From Octopus sinensis (Eukaryota): a DNA stretch of 64,000 bases. The notes beneath the pieces were generated by a model. It had not been told where the DNA came from and searched no databases. It saw only the letters and a list, made by a program, of their open reading frames with translations. The position numbers were made by a program, and so were the translations under genes. Within the stretch, counting starts at the first letter, position 1; the number at the start of each line of letters is the position of its first letter. The stretch is from positions 96,472,001 through 96,536,000 of the forward strand of contig NC_043002.1 of the NCBI RefSeq assembly GCF_006345805.1, in the 5' to 3' direction. Shown one piece after another: positions 25,770 to 39,410 of this stretch.

Positions 25770-26632
25770 ATGGACTTCTTTCACTAAGAATGAGTGTCAC
25801 TGTCATACAAGCAGTGTCATTTATTTCCAATATTCTGCAAAACATATCAGTTGCTTAGAAACAGGTGAGGGTTGGTGACAGGATGAGTACCCAGCCATAA
25901 AAAAAAAACCTCACTAAAATCCATCTGATCCATGCAAGCATGGAAAAGTATATTAACATCTACATGATGATGACGACGACTATCAGTCAGTCAATGGGGA
26001 AGCCTTTGCATGATCATTTAGCCTGTTAGAAATAGCAGCTGAATTTCCCTCAAACAGCACCCAAACATCTTATATAAGGAATGGACACACTAGCTATTGC
26101 AGGGCAACATAGTCCTAAAAGGAGGAGATGGTGACAGCTGAAATGCCATAAGTCTGTTTGATACAAGTTGAGTTATGGACTAAGTAACAAGGGACCATCA
26201 GTGGACCTCTTGTTCATTTACACATCAAATTGTTGTTTATAATAGCTAATAACAACCCTACAAAATATTGAGAATAACCGAATCTAAGCTGAGAAAATAG
26301 CAATAATAAAATAATTAAAGAATTCTTAAAACCTTAACATTCAAAACAGCTACATCTCCTCTTACATAATTATTTCCTTCTCATTAATTCTCCTTTGCTT
26401 AGTTTATTGGCAATCAATCAATACTAGCAGAGAAAGTGTTCAAATGATTTCTCATACTGATTTAACTAACCCAAGTGCTAGTGCCTGTAACTAGTACTTA
26501 TTTTATCAACCCCAGAGGGATGAATGCATGGCACAATTTGCGCTTAAAGCTTAAGGTCATGTAACTAAATACTGTTAAACATTTAGTCAGACAACTAGTG
26601 TCTGTCACCTGACAAACCACGATAATTATCAA

Positions 26633-26838
26633 CCCTTTAGCATTTAAACTGGCCCAAAGATTCTACCTGTTTTATGTTGAAATTGGCCAGATCCAGCCTC
26701 TGACACCTACTCTAAAATGTCATTCAAAAAATAAACAATCACACCATCAATTTCTCAAAGCTATGAGACAATGCATGATTAATTAAAAAAGATGTGAATA
26801 AATAATTATTACATTCTACAAATATGAATGCTAAAGAG
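26633..26838. mobile_element. TTAA-type MITE family copy (others at ~30484-30703, ~40620-40830, partial ~38745-38815)
   Basis: TIRs CCCTTTAGCATT / AATGCTAAAGAG with degenerate TTAA flanks; shared internal sequence among copies. Confidence 0.65.
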
Positions 26839-27306
26839 TTCAGCTTGTCATCATGATAAATAGTTATTGACCTAAGAATCCATAAAACTTCCTTGGGCAA
26901 ACACCAACACTTCACCGAAATGCATGCAACATCTACCCAGCTCAAAACATGCCAGTTTACCCACATTTAAAAACTATCTGAGAGGGGTTAAATTGCTACC
27001 TACCTTTCTTATTTACCCTCTACTTCAAGTAACAACCAAAGGTAGTGATGGTTTTGGATAGAAAATGATCCATTTTCAGCTGTTTTCATCATACACCTTC
27101 AGAAAGACAGCAGCAAGGCTTAGCCTTACAATGATCTCTAAATATTGTACAAAGTTTATTTTGTCCCATAATCTAGTATATAAGAAGTGCTTATCTTACT
27201 GATATCCAACATGTGGAAGAAAAAAGGGTAATACTGTAAGAACACAAAACTTATATAATACATCTAAAAAAAATACTTCTTGATGAAGATATAAAAATAT
27301 ACAAAC

Positions 27307-27459
27307 CTCTGCTGCCATAAATGCAAATATGGTAAATCCAGCTTGCATTGCAACAAATCCTGAGATAACGAGCAGACCCATGCAAGAACAGAAAATCACA
27401 CCAAGAAGAGAAAGCAGCTTGACATGAACCCATCGAGCAGTACCAGGAGAGAACGAGAG
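27307..27459 (-). CDS. AMFR: AMFR exon (153 nt, LSFSPGTARWVHVKLLSLLG...FAFMAAE)
   Basis: Matches human LSFSPTT...LAFMAAE. Acceptor ttttaattacag, donor gtttgt, phase 0/0. Confidence 0.95.
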
Positions 27460-27493
27460 CTGTAATTAAAAGAAAAGAATTATATAAGTTATA

Positions 27494-28304
27494 CAGTCAA
27501 CTCTCGCTACTATGCCACCCTGCGGGACTGAGCCAAAGTGGCATAGTACCGAGGGTCTGTTATCTAAACACTACATAACCAAAAATTTACTGAACATACG
27601 AATAAAAATTCATAGGGTAGGAAGTAAGGCCAATAAGAAGTTCAATGCAATGGTAAAAAGAAGACATCCAAGTTTATTAAGTTCAGATTGCTTTTAGTTA
27701 ATCCCGAAGCTCTCAAAAATTGTCGGCTGACGCATCTTCTTTCGGCGGATTCCATTCATTTCGTTGTCTAGCCTATCACACGCCTGCATGACGCTGGGTT
27801 TTCCGCTGCTCTGATGCTGCATAAACTTTCGGATAGTGTTCCAAGCTCTCTGGGCATCTGCAAACGAAATGTATTCCTCTTCCACAATTACCTCGTCTTC
27901 ACTTTCCACCGGCTCTTCGTTATGCATTACCTCCTTTGCTATTTCTTCTAGAGTGAAACATGTCGGACAATACAAGGGGCGGTAACTTGTATCAGATATT
28001 ACTAATGATACGAGGGGCCCGACAATAACGTTTTTCGCAGCATCGATAATCTCCTTCTTTTCCTTCAGCGTAAACTCAGTCCGCTTGCGTTTCTGAGCTG
28101 ACATTGTGTGCTACTTTCTGAACTTTTCCACAAGATTACAAATACGAAATGTACAAAATGTAGGAGTACAAAATTTCGAAAAGTTGCGTGCGCTTCAGTT
28201 TACAAGTGGCATAGTAGCGAGAGTTGAGGGTAGCATAGTAAAAACTTTTTGTTTATTATTTGGCTGGGACCGCGCAAAACTGGCATAGTAGCGAGAGTTG
28301 ACTG
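27494..28304 (-). mobile_element. Internally deleted Tigger/pogo-like DNA transposon (811 bp)
   Basis: Perfect TIRs CAGTCAACTCTCGCTACTATGCCA, TA target duplication on both sides. ORF 27694-28104 has a CENP-B/psq-type N-terminus (KRKRTEFTLKEKKEII) and a Tigger-like C-terminus (RQPTIFESF) but no DDE domain. Confidence 0.88.
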
Positions 28305-31300
28305 TATATATATATAAACATATATAAAGTTGGTGTAGATGTCTGTGGACATACACATTAAATGAGTGTGTGTATAGATATACACTAAAATGAATCAATC
28401 AAATACAGTTTTATAATTTGAAAGTTGTGAATTTCCCCTTTCTGTACATAGAACAAGATTAAAAAAAAAAAAACCTACTAGTTCAAACTATCTGAGGGAA
28501 GGGTTAGTGTGTCGATAAGCAAAGTAAACAAAATAAACTGCAACTATTGTTCCAGTTGGCTGAGGTGGATCCTACCCTTATACCTTCATGGTTAACTAGT
28601 CTGGTATGTTGCCAAACAGTGAGGAGTGGGGTTGGGAGACACAGGCAGTTGCTATCTGTAATCAGTTATACATCTATTTTTCAATACTAAAATTGTTTAT
28701 TACAAAGGTACATATTTTCTTCTTAACACTTCTCTTAAAACTCACTCTTGTATTTAGTGAATCTCTTAACTGCAAGTTATCCCTGATTTAACAAACATAT
28801 GACCAAAGGATATAAACATCCCATCTTTTATTCAGGCATTGTATCTTGAATTATGTTATTCAATGTGAACTTCTTTTTCTCAAAACAATAGAAGGTAGAT
28901 TGAGGGTGATTTTCCTGCTATGTTTAACAAAAAGTTATTTCATAAAAAAGGATATTATTGTCAACTGAACTGACCACATAGGTTATAGCTACTTGTTACC
29001 TCTAATTGGATCTGAGCCAGAACTAAGGAATGCCAAACTTGATAAAGTATTTCAAGAGGCTTGCTTCTTCATAAGCAACCCACACCACTCTTGCGAATTG
29101 GATACTTCCACCGCACAACCCAAAATTGAAAGTAAAAAATATCTTGAATACAATAAAACAATTGTGTCAATTTTGGAAACAGCCTAAGTAATCAATGAAT
29201 TAATGACGGTATGTCAAATGTGTTAATTAAGCAACATTATGTTAATATCTCAAACAGAGTAAAATAAAATGTACTGCAATTGCTGATCATGTACTTTGGA
29301 CAATAACTCAGAAATAAGAGCTAAATTCCATTGAAATCAAACAACACTATTTCAACAAAAAAGATAATATTGGATAACAGATTCTTTTCTACTCTAAGCA
29401 CAAGGCCCAAAATTTTGGGGGAGGGGCCAGTTGATTAGATCAGCCCACGTACGCAACTGGTACTTAATTTATCGACCCCGGAAGGATGAAAGGCAAATTT
29501 GACCTCGGTGGAATTTGAACTCAGAACATAAAGATAAATTATATAACTGCTATTTGGATAACACACATTGACACATACTATGATTGGAAAAGAAAAGCAG
29601 AATGGTTACTACTGATACACCTTTTATCATGGATCTGCTCTTACAAAGTTGACCTGGGGATTCAAAAAATACATTATTAAACAATGGCTAAAAATAATTC
29701 TAATGGCAACACAAATCTGTTTTCAGATAAGGTGTGTGGTTAACAGAGACTAAGAAGATAGTTTTTCTTTTTTCTTTTATTCTGATAAACTATAATTCTT
29801 GAATAATAAAAGATAAGCCAGAAACATTTTCAGCCATTAAATGACATCAATAGAGTAGATGAGAATCAAAAGGTATGATATTTTTATATTAAAACAAAAC
29901 ACTTAATGAGTAAGATAGTTGATGACACTGACAGAAAATATTGATTTCTAATAATGGTACAAAGCCACAAAATTATGGGGAAGGGCACAGTCATTTACAT
30001 TGTCTTTGCATCGAAAGCAAAATCAATCCCAAAGTGATTTCATATAGACAATACACAGGGACACAAAAATACTCCAGGGATTTCAATGGTAAATAAATGA
30101 AAAAAGATTGAAAGAATGAAATAAAATATATCACGGGATATAAAAACAGGTGAACGTCACAAAATACATTAAAATAAGTAAAGCATTAAAACTGAATTGT
30201 GGTTTTGATATTAAGAAGTAGTTAATTTGGGTTTTGTATTTGGTTTGAAAGGATTCTTGTCGTGGGCTCATTTGTTGAAACAGATTTTGCTCTAGCTTGA
30301 GAGGGTCGTTATGCAAATAATAACCAATAATAAACCTAACGATTAATCAAACAATTGATTAGTCAAATAGTTAGCCAACTGACGAATAATAAAGAAATGA
30401 AATAGAACCAGTGTGTCAGTGTATATTACTGACATATTGACCCTCCCTATTACAACAAAAGAAATAGTATAAAATCAGGCTAACACTTTAGCATTCAGAT
30501 TACTCTGTCAAATGTAAAGCTTATTTATTAATACTGTTTTGGATTAATCATCAATTATCTTGTAGCTTCAAGTATTTGATGATATGGTAGTTTATTTTTA
30601 GAATGGCATTGTAGAGTAGGTGTGACGGGCCAGATTTGGCCAGTTTGAACATAGAACAGGTAAAATATTTTGGCCAGATATGACCAGTTTAAATGCTAAA
30701 GAATTAATTTAAAAAAAAAACTTTTTTTACCAATTTGACCAAAAGATGTAACTAACATGATTATATTTATTAAGTAGGTGTTAAGAAAGGCATCCAACTG
30801 TTGAAACCACACCAAAGCAGTCACTGAAGCTGTTGAGCCATCCAACCCATGCCAACATGGAAGATGGATATTAAATGATGATGAAATAATCAAAATATCT
30901 CAGTAATCTGCTCAAGAAATACAAAGAACATCTCAGTGATCTTCAAACCTCACATTCCACAGTAAATAAGCCCAACAATTTGACAGCATTAAGTGTATCA
31001 ACAATCAACTTAGATACCAAACACTGCTATGGAAAAAGCATAGTAAGTGGTTATAGGTCAGATTATAGCAAAATAAAACTATACCAAGCTTGCAAGTCAC
31101 TGTTAAAATGTTTGATCTAATTCCTCATCACAGACCTGTTCAATCAGAGCTAACTGTATAATCTACTCGACAAGATTTTTCAGGATCTAAGTTTACAAAA
31201 TCAAAACAACCAGAAAGTGCTTCCAACCTCTATAAAGAAATTGAATTAATCATATACCAATGAATAAAAAAAAAAGCAAATTACTAACAAAATGTTTCAC

Positions 31301-33135
31301 TTCCCAGCCATGTAATTTTGGGTTCAATCCCATTGCATGGAAACTTGGGTAAATGTCTTTTAATATAGCCCTGAGCCAGCCAAAAAACCTTGTGAGTCGA
31401 TTTAGCAGATGGAAGCTGAGAGAAGTCTGTTGTATAAGTGTGTATATATGTACGTGCATGTGTGTGTGCATGTACTTGGACCTCCTTGTCTTGAGGTCAC
31501 CACAGACTAGTTATAAAACAAGCATCACCATCATAATACAGAGTCCTGCATTTCCAGTCTTTCATGAAAACATGTCTAGCCATGGGGTAAATATTATCTT
31601 GCCTGGACACAGACAATGGTTGGTGACATGAAGGGCATCCAGCTACAAAAAATCCACTTCAATGAATTCCGTCTGACCCGTGAAAGCATGGGAAAGTGGA
31701 GGTTATGATGATGATTATGAGTATATAGAACAAATTACAGAATAATTCCTAAAGTCTCATACTTATTCTATTGGTCTCTTATGTTGAACTGCTTAGTCAC
31801 AGAGATATAAACAAACCAACAATGGTTGTCAAGTGAGGGGGAGACAACCAAAATATACACACACATACATACACATATATGAGTGTCTGTCCCTTCCTCT
31901 CTCACTCACTCCCTATATATCTGTATATATAAAACAGAATTTGTGTGTGTGTGCATGCGGTACGTATGTTCCTTATGGATTTGAAAACTGAGTTACAAAT
32001 TTTGACATATGAGGCATCAAAAGATTCAGTGTAGCTACCAAATGAAGCATTTTTTGCATAACAGCTCTTTTTTTAATACAAAAAATAACCTCAAAAATGA
32101 GGTCAAGTTGCACAATTTTGAGGTCATTTTCAGGCAATATTTGGATTTGCTTCTAATCTACATCGCCAATTTTAATGTTTTTGGTGTAAAAAAATGCAGC
32201 AATGTACAAGGAGTATTATGAATGCATTTGTGATGTACAAAACCCTATTTGTCAATGGAAAATGGCAAAAAAAAAAAAGCATGCTTTTTTAGAACAATTA
32301 TTAGCACATTTTCTGTCAATAATGGCCTTTGTGCCACAACTAAACTGCCAATGTCTTAAGTATCCCATGATTAAACAATGTGTTTGAAGTATTGCGAAGC
32401 CATTTCTTTGCACAAAGCCCTATTTTGCAACAGAAACTTGACTAATGAACTATGTTCTGGTATAATTGTGATGACTTCTAGAATTACTACCAAAAACAAT
32501 TTGTCCATGTAGATTTTCTTGGCAGTAAAAAACTCGGGAATGCCAAAGGAGTGTTCTCAGGTTTAAATTCAATAAAATTTCCCCAAGGATTAAAAGCACA
32601 GTAAGAGCCTTTATTTGTTCAAGTGTGATAAAGACATGAAGCAATGACTAAAACCTTTTGAGTTTTTTTGCCTTTAACATTTTCCTCTTTATTCAATCCA
32701 ATTTATGCAAAATTGTTTATTGTTTTTAGTATATATTCATGTCCATAAGCTGCAAAGTTCATAAGGATTTTGCTACAATCTCCCTATTTTTTATTACAGT
32801 GGTTGAGTGTGTACTATAACACGGGTGGTGCAATGGAAAACAAATGTCTGACCTGATAACCTCAGTGAAGATAACAACAACAACAACAACACTGAGCGTG
32901 TATGCAACAGCAAATTAAGGTCACATACATATAAGTCTACCCATAGTGCATGTCTCTTCATTGGTTGGGATGCACACCATGTTCACTGATTGGTACAATT
33001 TCAAATCAACTTTTTTCTTATCAAAGGCATGTACTGCAATACCAATTGGTCAAGGTGTTATTGTTATCAATGACACAGGCAACGCTGAAGTGAATTGGAT
33101 GTGGTGCATACATTCCACTTGAGCTTGAAAATTGA

Positions 33136-33169
<34 letters not shown>

Positions 33170-33589
33170 ATAAATATATATATAACATATATACTTATAT
33201 ATATAATACAATGTGGCTGTAGTTCATAACAGCCGTGTGCTTGCTAGTGTGTGTGTATATACATCTATATATATACATCTATATATATAGCATTATGTTG
33301 TGCTTGAGGAGACTCATCAAACCAAGCAAAATCGTAATTGTGGCTATTGCTAGTGTCATATAAATGGCACCCAATCCAGTGGCATGTAAAAAGCACCAGT
33401 TACACTCTTGGAGTGGTTGGCATTACGAAGGGCATCCAAACATAGAAACCATGCCAAATCAGACTGGAACCTGGTGCAGCTCTCTGGCCTATCAGTTCCA
33501 GTCAAACCATCAAACCCATGACTTCATGGAAAGCGGATGTTAAATGTTGATGATGATGATCTATATCATCATTGTTTAACGCCTGCTTT

Positions 33590-34853
33590 CCATTACCTAG
33601 GTGACCAAGCCAGTAGCAGAGGTAGATGCTCTGAGAATGTAGTTGCTAGAATAAGAATAGCCTGGCCAAAATTCAGAGAGCTCCTACCTCTGCTGGTGAC
33701 AAAGGGCCTCTTGCTCAGAGCAAAAGGTAGACTGTATGACACATGTGCGAACAGTTATGCTACATGGCAGTGAAACATGGGCTGTGACTACTGTGTACAT
33801 GCGTAAGCTTGCAAGGAATGAAGCCTGTATACTCCGCTGGATGTGTAATGTCAGTGTGCATATACAACAGCATAAAAGCATCAGATGTGGTGTGCAAGAG
33901 AGACGACTGTGCTGGTATGGTCATGTGTTGTGTATGGATGAGGATAGTTGTGTGAAAAAGTCTCACATCCTAGCAGTAGAGGGAACCTGTGTAAGAGGTA
34001 GACCCAGGAAGACCTGGGATGAGGTGGTGAAGCACAACCTTCAAACATTGGGCCTCACCAAGGCGATGACAAGTGACCAAGACCTCTGGAGATATGCTGT
34101 GCCTGAGAAGACCCGGCAAGCCAAGTGAGACTGTAACTGTGGCCTATGCCAGTATAGCATAACCAGCCCACTTAAGAGCACCCTTCAATCATTTGGCAAT
34201 AAACTGCACTTGAGAAGATCTGTTGAGGCAAGTGAGATCGTTGTCATGGCCAATGACAGTACCTATTTCTTTATTGCCCACAAGGGGCTAAACATAGAGG
34301 GGACAAACAAGGGCAGACAAACGGATTAAGTCGATTATATCGACCCCAGTGCCTAACTGGTACTTAATTTATTGACCCCGAAAGGATGAAAGGCGAAGTC
34401 GACCTCAGCGAAATTTAAACTCAGAACGTAGTGGCAGACGAAATACAGCTACGCATTTCGCCCAGCGTGCTAACGTTTCTGCCAGCTCGCTGCCTTGACA
34501 GTACCGCCTGATTGGCACCCGTACCAGTGGAATGTAAAAAGCACCATTCGAGTGTGGTCGATGCCAGTGCTAGCTGACTGGTCCTGTGCTGGTGGCATAT
34601 AAAAAACACTATTCGAATGTGGTCGTTGCCAGTGCCACCTGACTGGCCCTCATACCAGGGTCATGTAAAAAGCACCCTCTACACTCCCGGAGTGGTTGGC
34701 GTTAGGAAGGGCATTCAGCTGTTGAAACTTTGCCAGATCAGATTGGAGCCGGGTGCAGCCTTCTGGCTTGCCAGCCCTCAGTCAAACCATCCAACCCATG
34801 CCAGCATGGAAAGCGGACATTAAACGACAATGATGATGATGATTTCCATACTG
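33590..34853 (+). mobile_element. 5'-truncated RTE LINE: C-terminal ORF remnant, 3' UTR with ~65-bp tandem repeats and (GAT)n tail, interrupted by a SINE
   Basis: YLGD, RIRIAWPKFRELLPLL, LHGSETW, WYGHV, GRPRKTWDEVV motifs with frameshifts. The UTR is continuous across the SINE at 34264-34495. Confidence 0.88.
34264..34495 (-). mobile_element. tRNA-derived SINE (family B) with 10-bp TSD, nested in the RTE 3' UTR
   Basis: A/B-box-like head, central GACCCCGAAAGGATGAAAGGC domain, TGACAGTACC at 34254-34263 and 34496-34505. Other copies at ~11705-11880, 17340-17535, 29375-29530, 41045-41265, 63915-64000. Confidence 0.85.
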
Positions 34854-35045
34854 GCATAGGCTGGACAGTTTGACTGAAGACTGGCAAACCAGGAGGCTGC
34901 ACCAATCTGATTTGGCAAGGTTTCTACAGCTGGATGCCCTTCCCAACACCAACCACTATGAGAGTGTAGTGGGTGCGTTTTATGTGCCACTGGCACAAAG
35001 GCCAGTCAGGTGGCACTGGCATTGACCACGCTCGAATGATGTTTT
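34853..35045 (-). mobile_element. Inverted RTE 3' UTR fragment, tail-to-tail with the preceding copy
   Basis: Reverse complement of ~34590-34815. Confidence 0.75.
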
Positions 35046-36989
35046 TTGTGTTACATATATATGCATACATACACATGTAACACAGTTTCTGTTTATAAAA
35101 TTCACTTTTGATGCATTGGCTAGTCCAGGGCTATAGTAGAAGGAACTTGCCATGGAGCTATGCAGTTGTATTGAACTTAATTGCAAAGTAAGCTTCTTAA
35201 CTATATAGCGATAACTGTGCCTATATAAAAGCTGCTTTTTTTTATTATTTTTCATGAAGTACTCTGGTTGACTAGAAATTAATCACAATATAAGGGCAAA
35301 TAAGATGTTACTTTTTGTTTTAGTGTTGAACAAGATGAAATATGCATTAAAAATGTCCATTGTGCAAATGTAATTGATGTGAATTGGTAGAGCTAACCCA
35401 TATGCATTAATACGTGACAGTTTCTGGTAATTAGATAAATATGCTGAAAACTAATGTATTCTAAAACAGTTTCTACTCTAGATTCAGATATCAGATTAAA
35501 ATATATTTTAGAAATTTGAGTAAGCATTATTCTAATGGGTCAAATGGTGAAACATGTAGCTTTTTTATTTCATGCATACTAATAAAATTAAAACAAAAAA
35601 CTTTCAAACTTAGCAACACTTAATATCTACACAGAACAATGAACTGCTTATTTCATGATAAAAAAAAACACTGGCGTTAACAGTTCATTATAACAAGAAC
35701 TAAAAATGCTAAACTTTGTTTTCTGCTGTCATAATATCAGCTCTATTTTCAGTGGTAATGGGAACCCATTTAAACTTTTTTCTTTCTAACCAAATCAGAA
35801 TCCATATTCATTCTACAATGAATAACTGAGTGTTTAAAGTTAACCTTTTGAATGAAAGCAACAAGAATTTGATTCCTATACACTGGATTTTTGTCTCACT
35901 TACTGGAGCAACAGGCCAAATAAAAACAGAACAGGAATGATTAAGACTAAGAGGTGAAATACCAAAACAAAGGGAGTGTGAGTTGGTCATTCATGATGCT
36001 CAGATCGGTCAATTTCACAAAAAAAAGAACAACAAAATTTATGAGAGTATTCTATAAGAAAACATCAGACATTTCCCTTACAAAAATTAATAAAATCTGT
36101 TCCTCAACCTACTTGAGCTTTCACAACAATTCTGAAGAAATCATCCAACATGTTTAGCTACTGAGGAATGGGATGTTATACAACCAGAGAAAACATGAAA
36201 TTATATACGTTTTCAACCAGGATAAAGTTACAGTTTCTAACCCACCATTGAATCATAACATAGCACCACCATGTTACTAAGGAAACCAAAAGAATACAGA
36301 CATTTACATTAGGGACCTTCACAAATTTCAGAAAACTAATACTGAGCCATTTTAAACTGAGAAAGTCACATGCTTAGTTATTTACACTAATAAAATCAAT
36401 TACATTCTATGTCCAATGTATAATGTTACACCAACTTCCTTTTTAAGTAAGCAATTAATAGATCATTAAGTCTTGTGTGGAGATCCACATTACAATGGGT
36501 TGATTCGTATATAATTTCATCTATCAGCACAACTACAGTAAAATGTATAAAGATATTGTTAATGTCGTTTGTCCACATTATAATACTGTAAGTAGTTGGC
36601 CTACATCTACGACAATTTAGTATGTTTTACTTCCTATTAAAAACTTGTATACTATTGAGTTTTAGTGATACCATTTGTGGAATATCTACCTGAAAATCTC
36701 AAAGCAGCTTCCTTAAAATATCTCTAAAATGTTTCACCCTCTTTTGCTATATATTTAGTTAAATATGGCTGTGTGGTTAAGAAGTTCACTTTGTGGACAC
36801 ACGGTTTCATTCGGTTCTACTGAAAGGTACCTTAGGTGGGTGTGTCTTGTTGTGGCCTCAGGCTGAGCAAAGCTTTTTAAGAGAATTTGATGGATGGAAA
36901 TTAAAAGAAATCCAGCCTTGGGCTGAACAAAGCCTTCTGAGTAGGTTTGGTAGACAAAAACTGAAAGAAGCCTGTCGTGTATATATATA

Positions 36990-37520
36990 TCATCATCATC
37001 ATCATTTAACGTCTGCTTTCCATGCTAGCATGGGTTGAACGATTTTGACTGAGAGCTGGCAAACCAGATGGCTGCACCAGGCTCCAATCTTGATTTGGCA
37101 GAATTTCTACAGCTGGATGCCCTTCCTAACGCCATCCACTCTGAGAGTGTAGTAGGTGCTTTTTACGTGCCACTGGCACGGGGGCCAGTCAGGCGGTACT
37201 GGCAACAACCTCGCTCGAATCCTTTTACACATGCTACCAGCACAGGTGCCAGTAAGGCAACGTTGGTAACGATCACGCTCGAATGGTGCCCTTTTACATG
37301 CCACTGGCACGGAAGCCAGTTGGCTGCTCTGGCAACAATCACACTCGGATGGTGCTCTTGGCAACCTACTAGCATGGGCACAAGTGCCAGTAAGGCGATG
37401 ATGGTAATGATCACGCTCGAATGGTGCCCTTTAAGTGCCACTGGCATGGAAGATGGTTAACTGCTCTGTCAATGATCACGCTCGTATGGTGCTCTTTGCA
37501 CCCTGCTAGCATGGACACCA
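36990..37520 (-). mobile_element. RTE 3' UTR fragment with ~5.5 copies of a 64-72-bp tandem repeat
   Basis: CGCTCGAAT-like anchors at 37212, 37276, 37342, 37414, 37479; (CAT)n tail at ~36990. Confidence 0.8.
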
Positions 37521-38246
37521 GTCATCGAATTTGATTTTGATTTTGCTATATATATATATGACAGGCTTCTACAGTTTCTGTCAATCAAATTATGTGTGTA
37601 TGTCTTTGTGTCCATGTTTGTCCCCCACCATCACTTGACAACTGATGTTGGTGTGTTTATGTCCCCATAACTTAGTGGTTCAGCAAAAGAGACCAATAGC
37701 ATAAGTACTAGGTTTACAAAGAATAAGTTTTGGGGTTGATTTCTTTGACTAAAAGCGTTTAAGGCAGTGCTCCAGTATGGCCACAGTCAAATGACTGAAA
37801 TAAGTAAGAGAATAAAATATAATGTGTATGTGTGTGTCTTGACATTGTGTGATTCTTTTGAAGAAGAACTCTCACCATACAGTTGGTGTCCTTCATGTCC
37901 AACCTTCCATGAAAACAAATATGTCCAGTCATAGGGAAATATTATCTTACTTGGAAATGGATGAGAGTTAACAACAGGAGGAGTCCCCAGAGAATCTGCC
38001 TCAATGAATTTCAAGCAGCCCATGCTAGCACAGAAAAGTGGGTGTTAAGATGATGAAAATGTTAATTTAGTATTAAATTTCCATATAATAAAAACAGTTA
38101 GCTGGTTGTTACACATGCCAACATTTTACACATGGGGCCAGTACTTCATAAAATGTTTTTTTTTTTTTTTTTTTTGCCAACGATTCCCATTGAATTTATT
38201 GATTAAAAGTTCAAGATATGTGGAAATGATTGTAAAGATTACTCAC

Positions 38247-38411
38247 ATATTCAAATCTATCTTTACACAGCTGGGTGTGCAGATTTAGAAATCCAAGGAC
38301 AGTGAACCAGGTAACCCAACTGATAACTTCACTCATTGTTTGTACATTCATCACTCCAAAGATAAAAATGAACTTATAAAAGACAAAGTTCCAAAAGTTA
38401 TCTTTCAAGTT
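38247..38411 (-). CDS. AMFR: AMFR exon (165 nt, NLKDNFWNFVFYKFIFIFGVMNVQ...QLCKDRFEY), transmembrane region
   Basis: Near-identical to human HLKDKFWNFIFYKFIFIFGVLNVQ...QLCKDRFEY. Acceptor tattttcag, donor gtgagt. Confidence 0.97.
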
Positions 38412-39372
38412 CTGAAAATAGACGGAAAAAATATATAAATAGACATGCAATACAATAATTTTGAAAATGTATACTATATATAGAATTTAGAAGGCAGAGT
38501 AAAAATAGATAACTTCAAAGTGAATGGCACCTCTTTTAACCCATTTAATCATTGTCAAGGATTAACTCTAAATCTTTATCAGCAATGACTGATATTAATC
38601 GGTATTTGTACCTGTAAAGATCATAATGATTCATAGATGCCATCTTCTAAACTATCATCACAACCTTTTATCTTCATGAAATCACCAGTTTTTTTTGTGA
38701 GTTTTAAAGTTAGCTAAATGATTGTGTAACTTAATTTTAATTCTTTAGCATTCAGATTACTTTTTCAAATGTGATCTTTATTTATTCACGTTGTTTTCAA
38801 TTAATCATACGATGCAACAGCGTTGTTTTTCAGGGTTTGAAATTAAATCCAATGGGTAAACATGCAGAATTCAACTGCCCCAAGTGCCAGCAGTTTCCCA
38901 TCTTTTCTACTCTATACCTGGGAGCTGAACATTCAAACTGACATAACCATCATATCCTTGTTGTGCTTATAATCCATTACTGATGCTGTGGCACCTTACT
39001 TTAGATGACACTTGCATGCAAAGGCAACTTCCAGGTGCTGCTAAATGGTCAACCATCACCGATAGGGGTTCTAGAAGATGTTGACACTATTCAGATTAGT
39101 TGAAATTGTCTACTTGAGATTTCTCTAGATATCTCTCAGGACCAGTGCCATTCCCTTGGAAAATGAATTCTTTCTTTAATCACCTATCCCCACTAGTGTG
39201 TTCATCATTATCATTTAATGCCCGCTCTCCATGCTGGCATGGGTTAGACAGTTTGATTGGAGCTGATGAACTGGAGAGCTGCACCAGGTCCCAGTCTGAT
39301 TTGGCATGATTTCTACAGCTGGATGCCCTTTCTAATGCCAACCAATCCAGGAGAGTAATAGGTGTGGGTGTG

Positions 39373-39410
<38 letters not shown>

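Noticed and set aside
37155-37520. Regularly spaced repeats superficially like a CRISPR array
   Set aside because: Whole units are homologous (no unique spacers), the context is eukaryotic, there are no cas genes, and it is part of an RTE 3' UTR.
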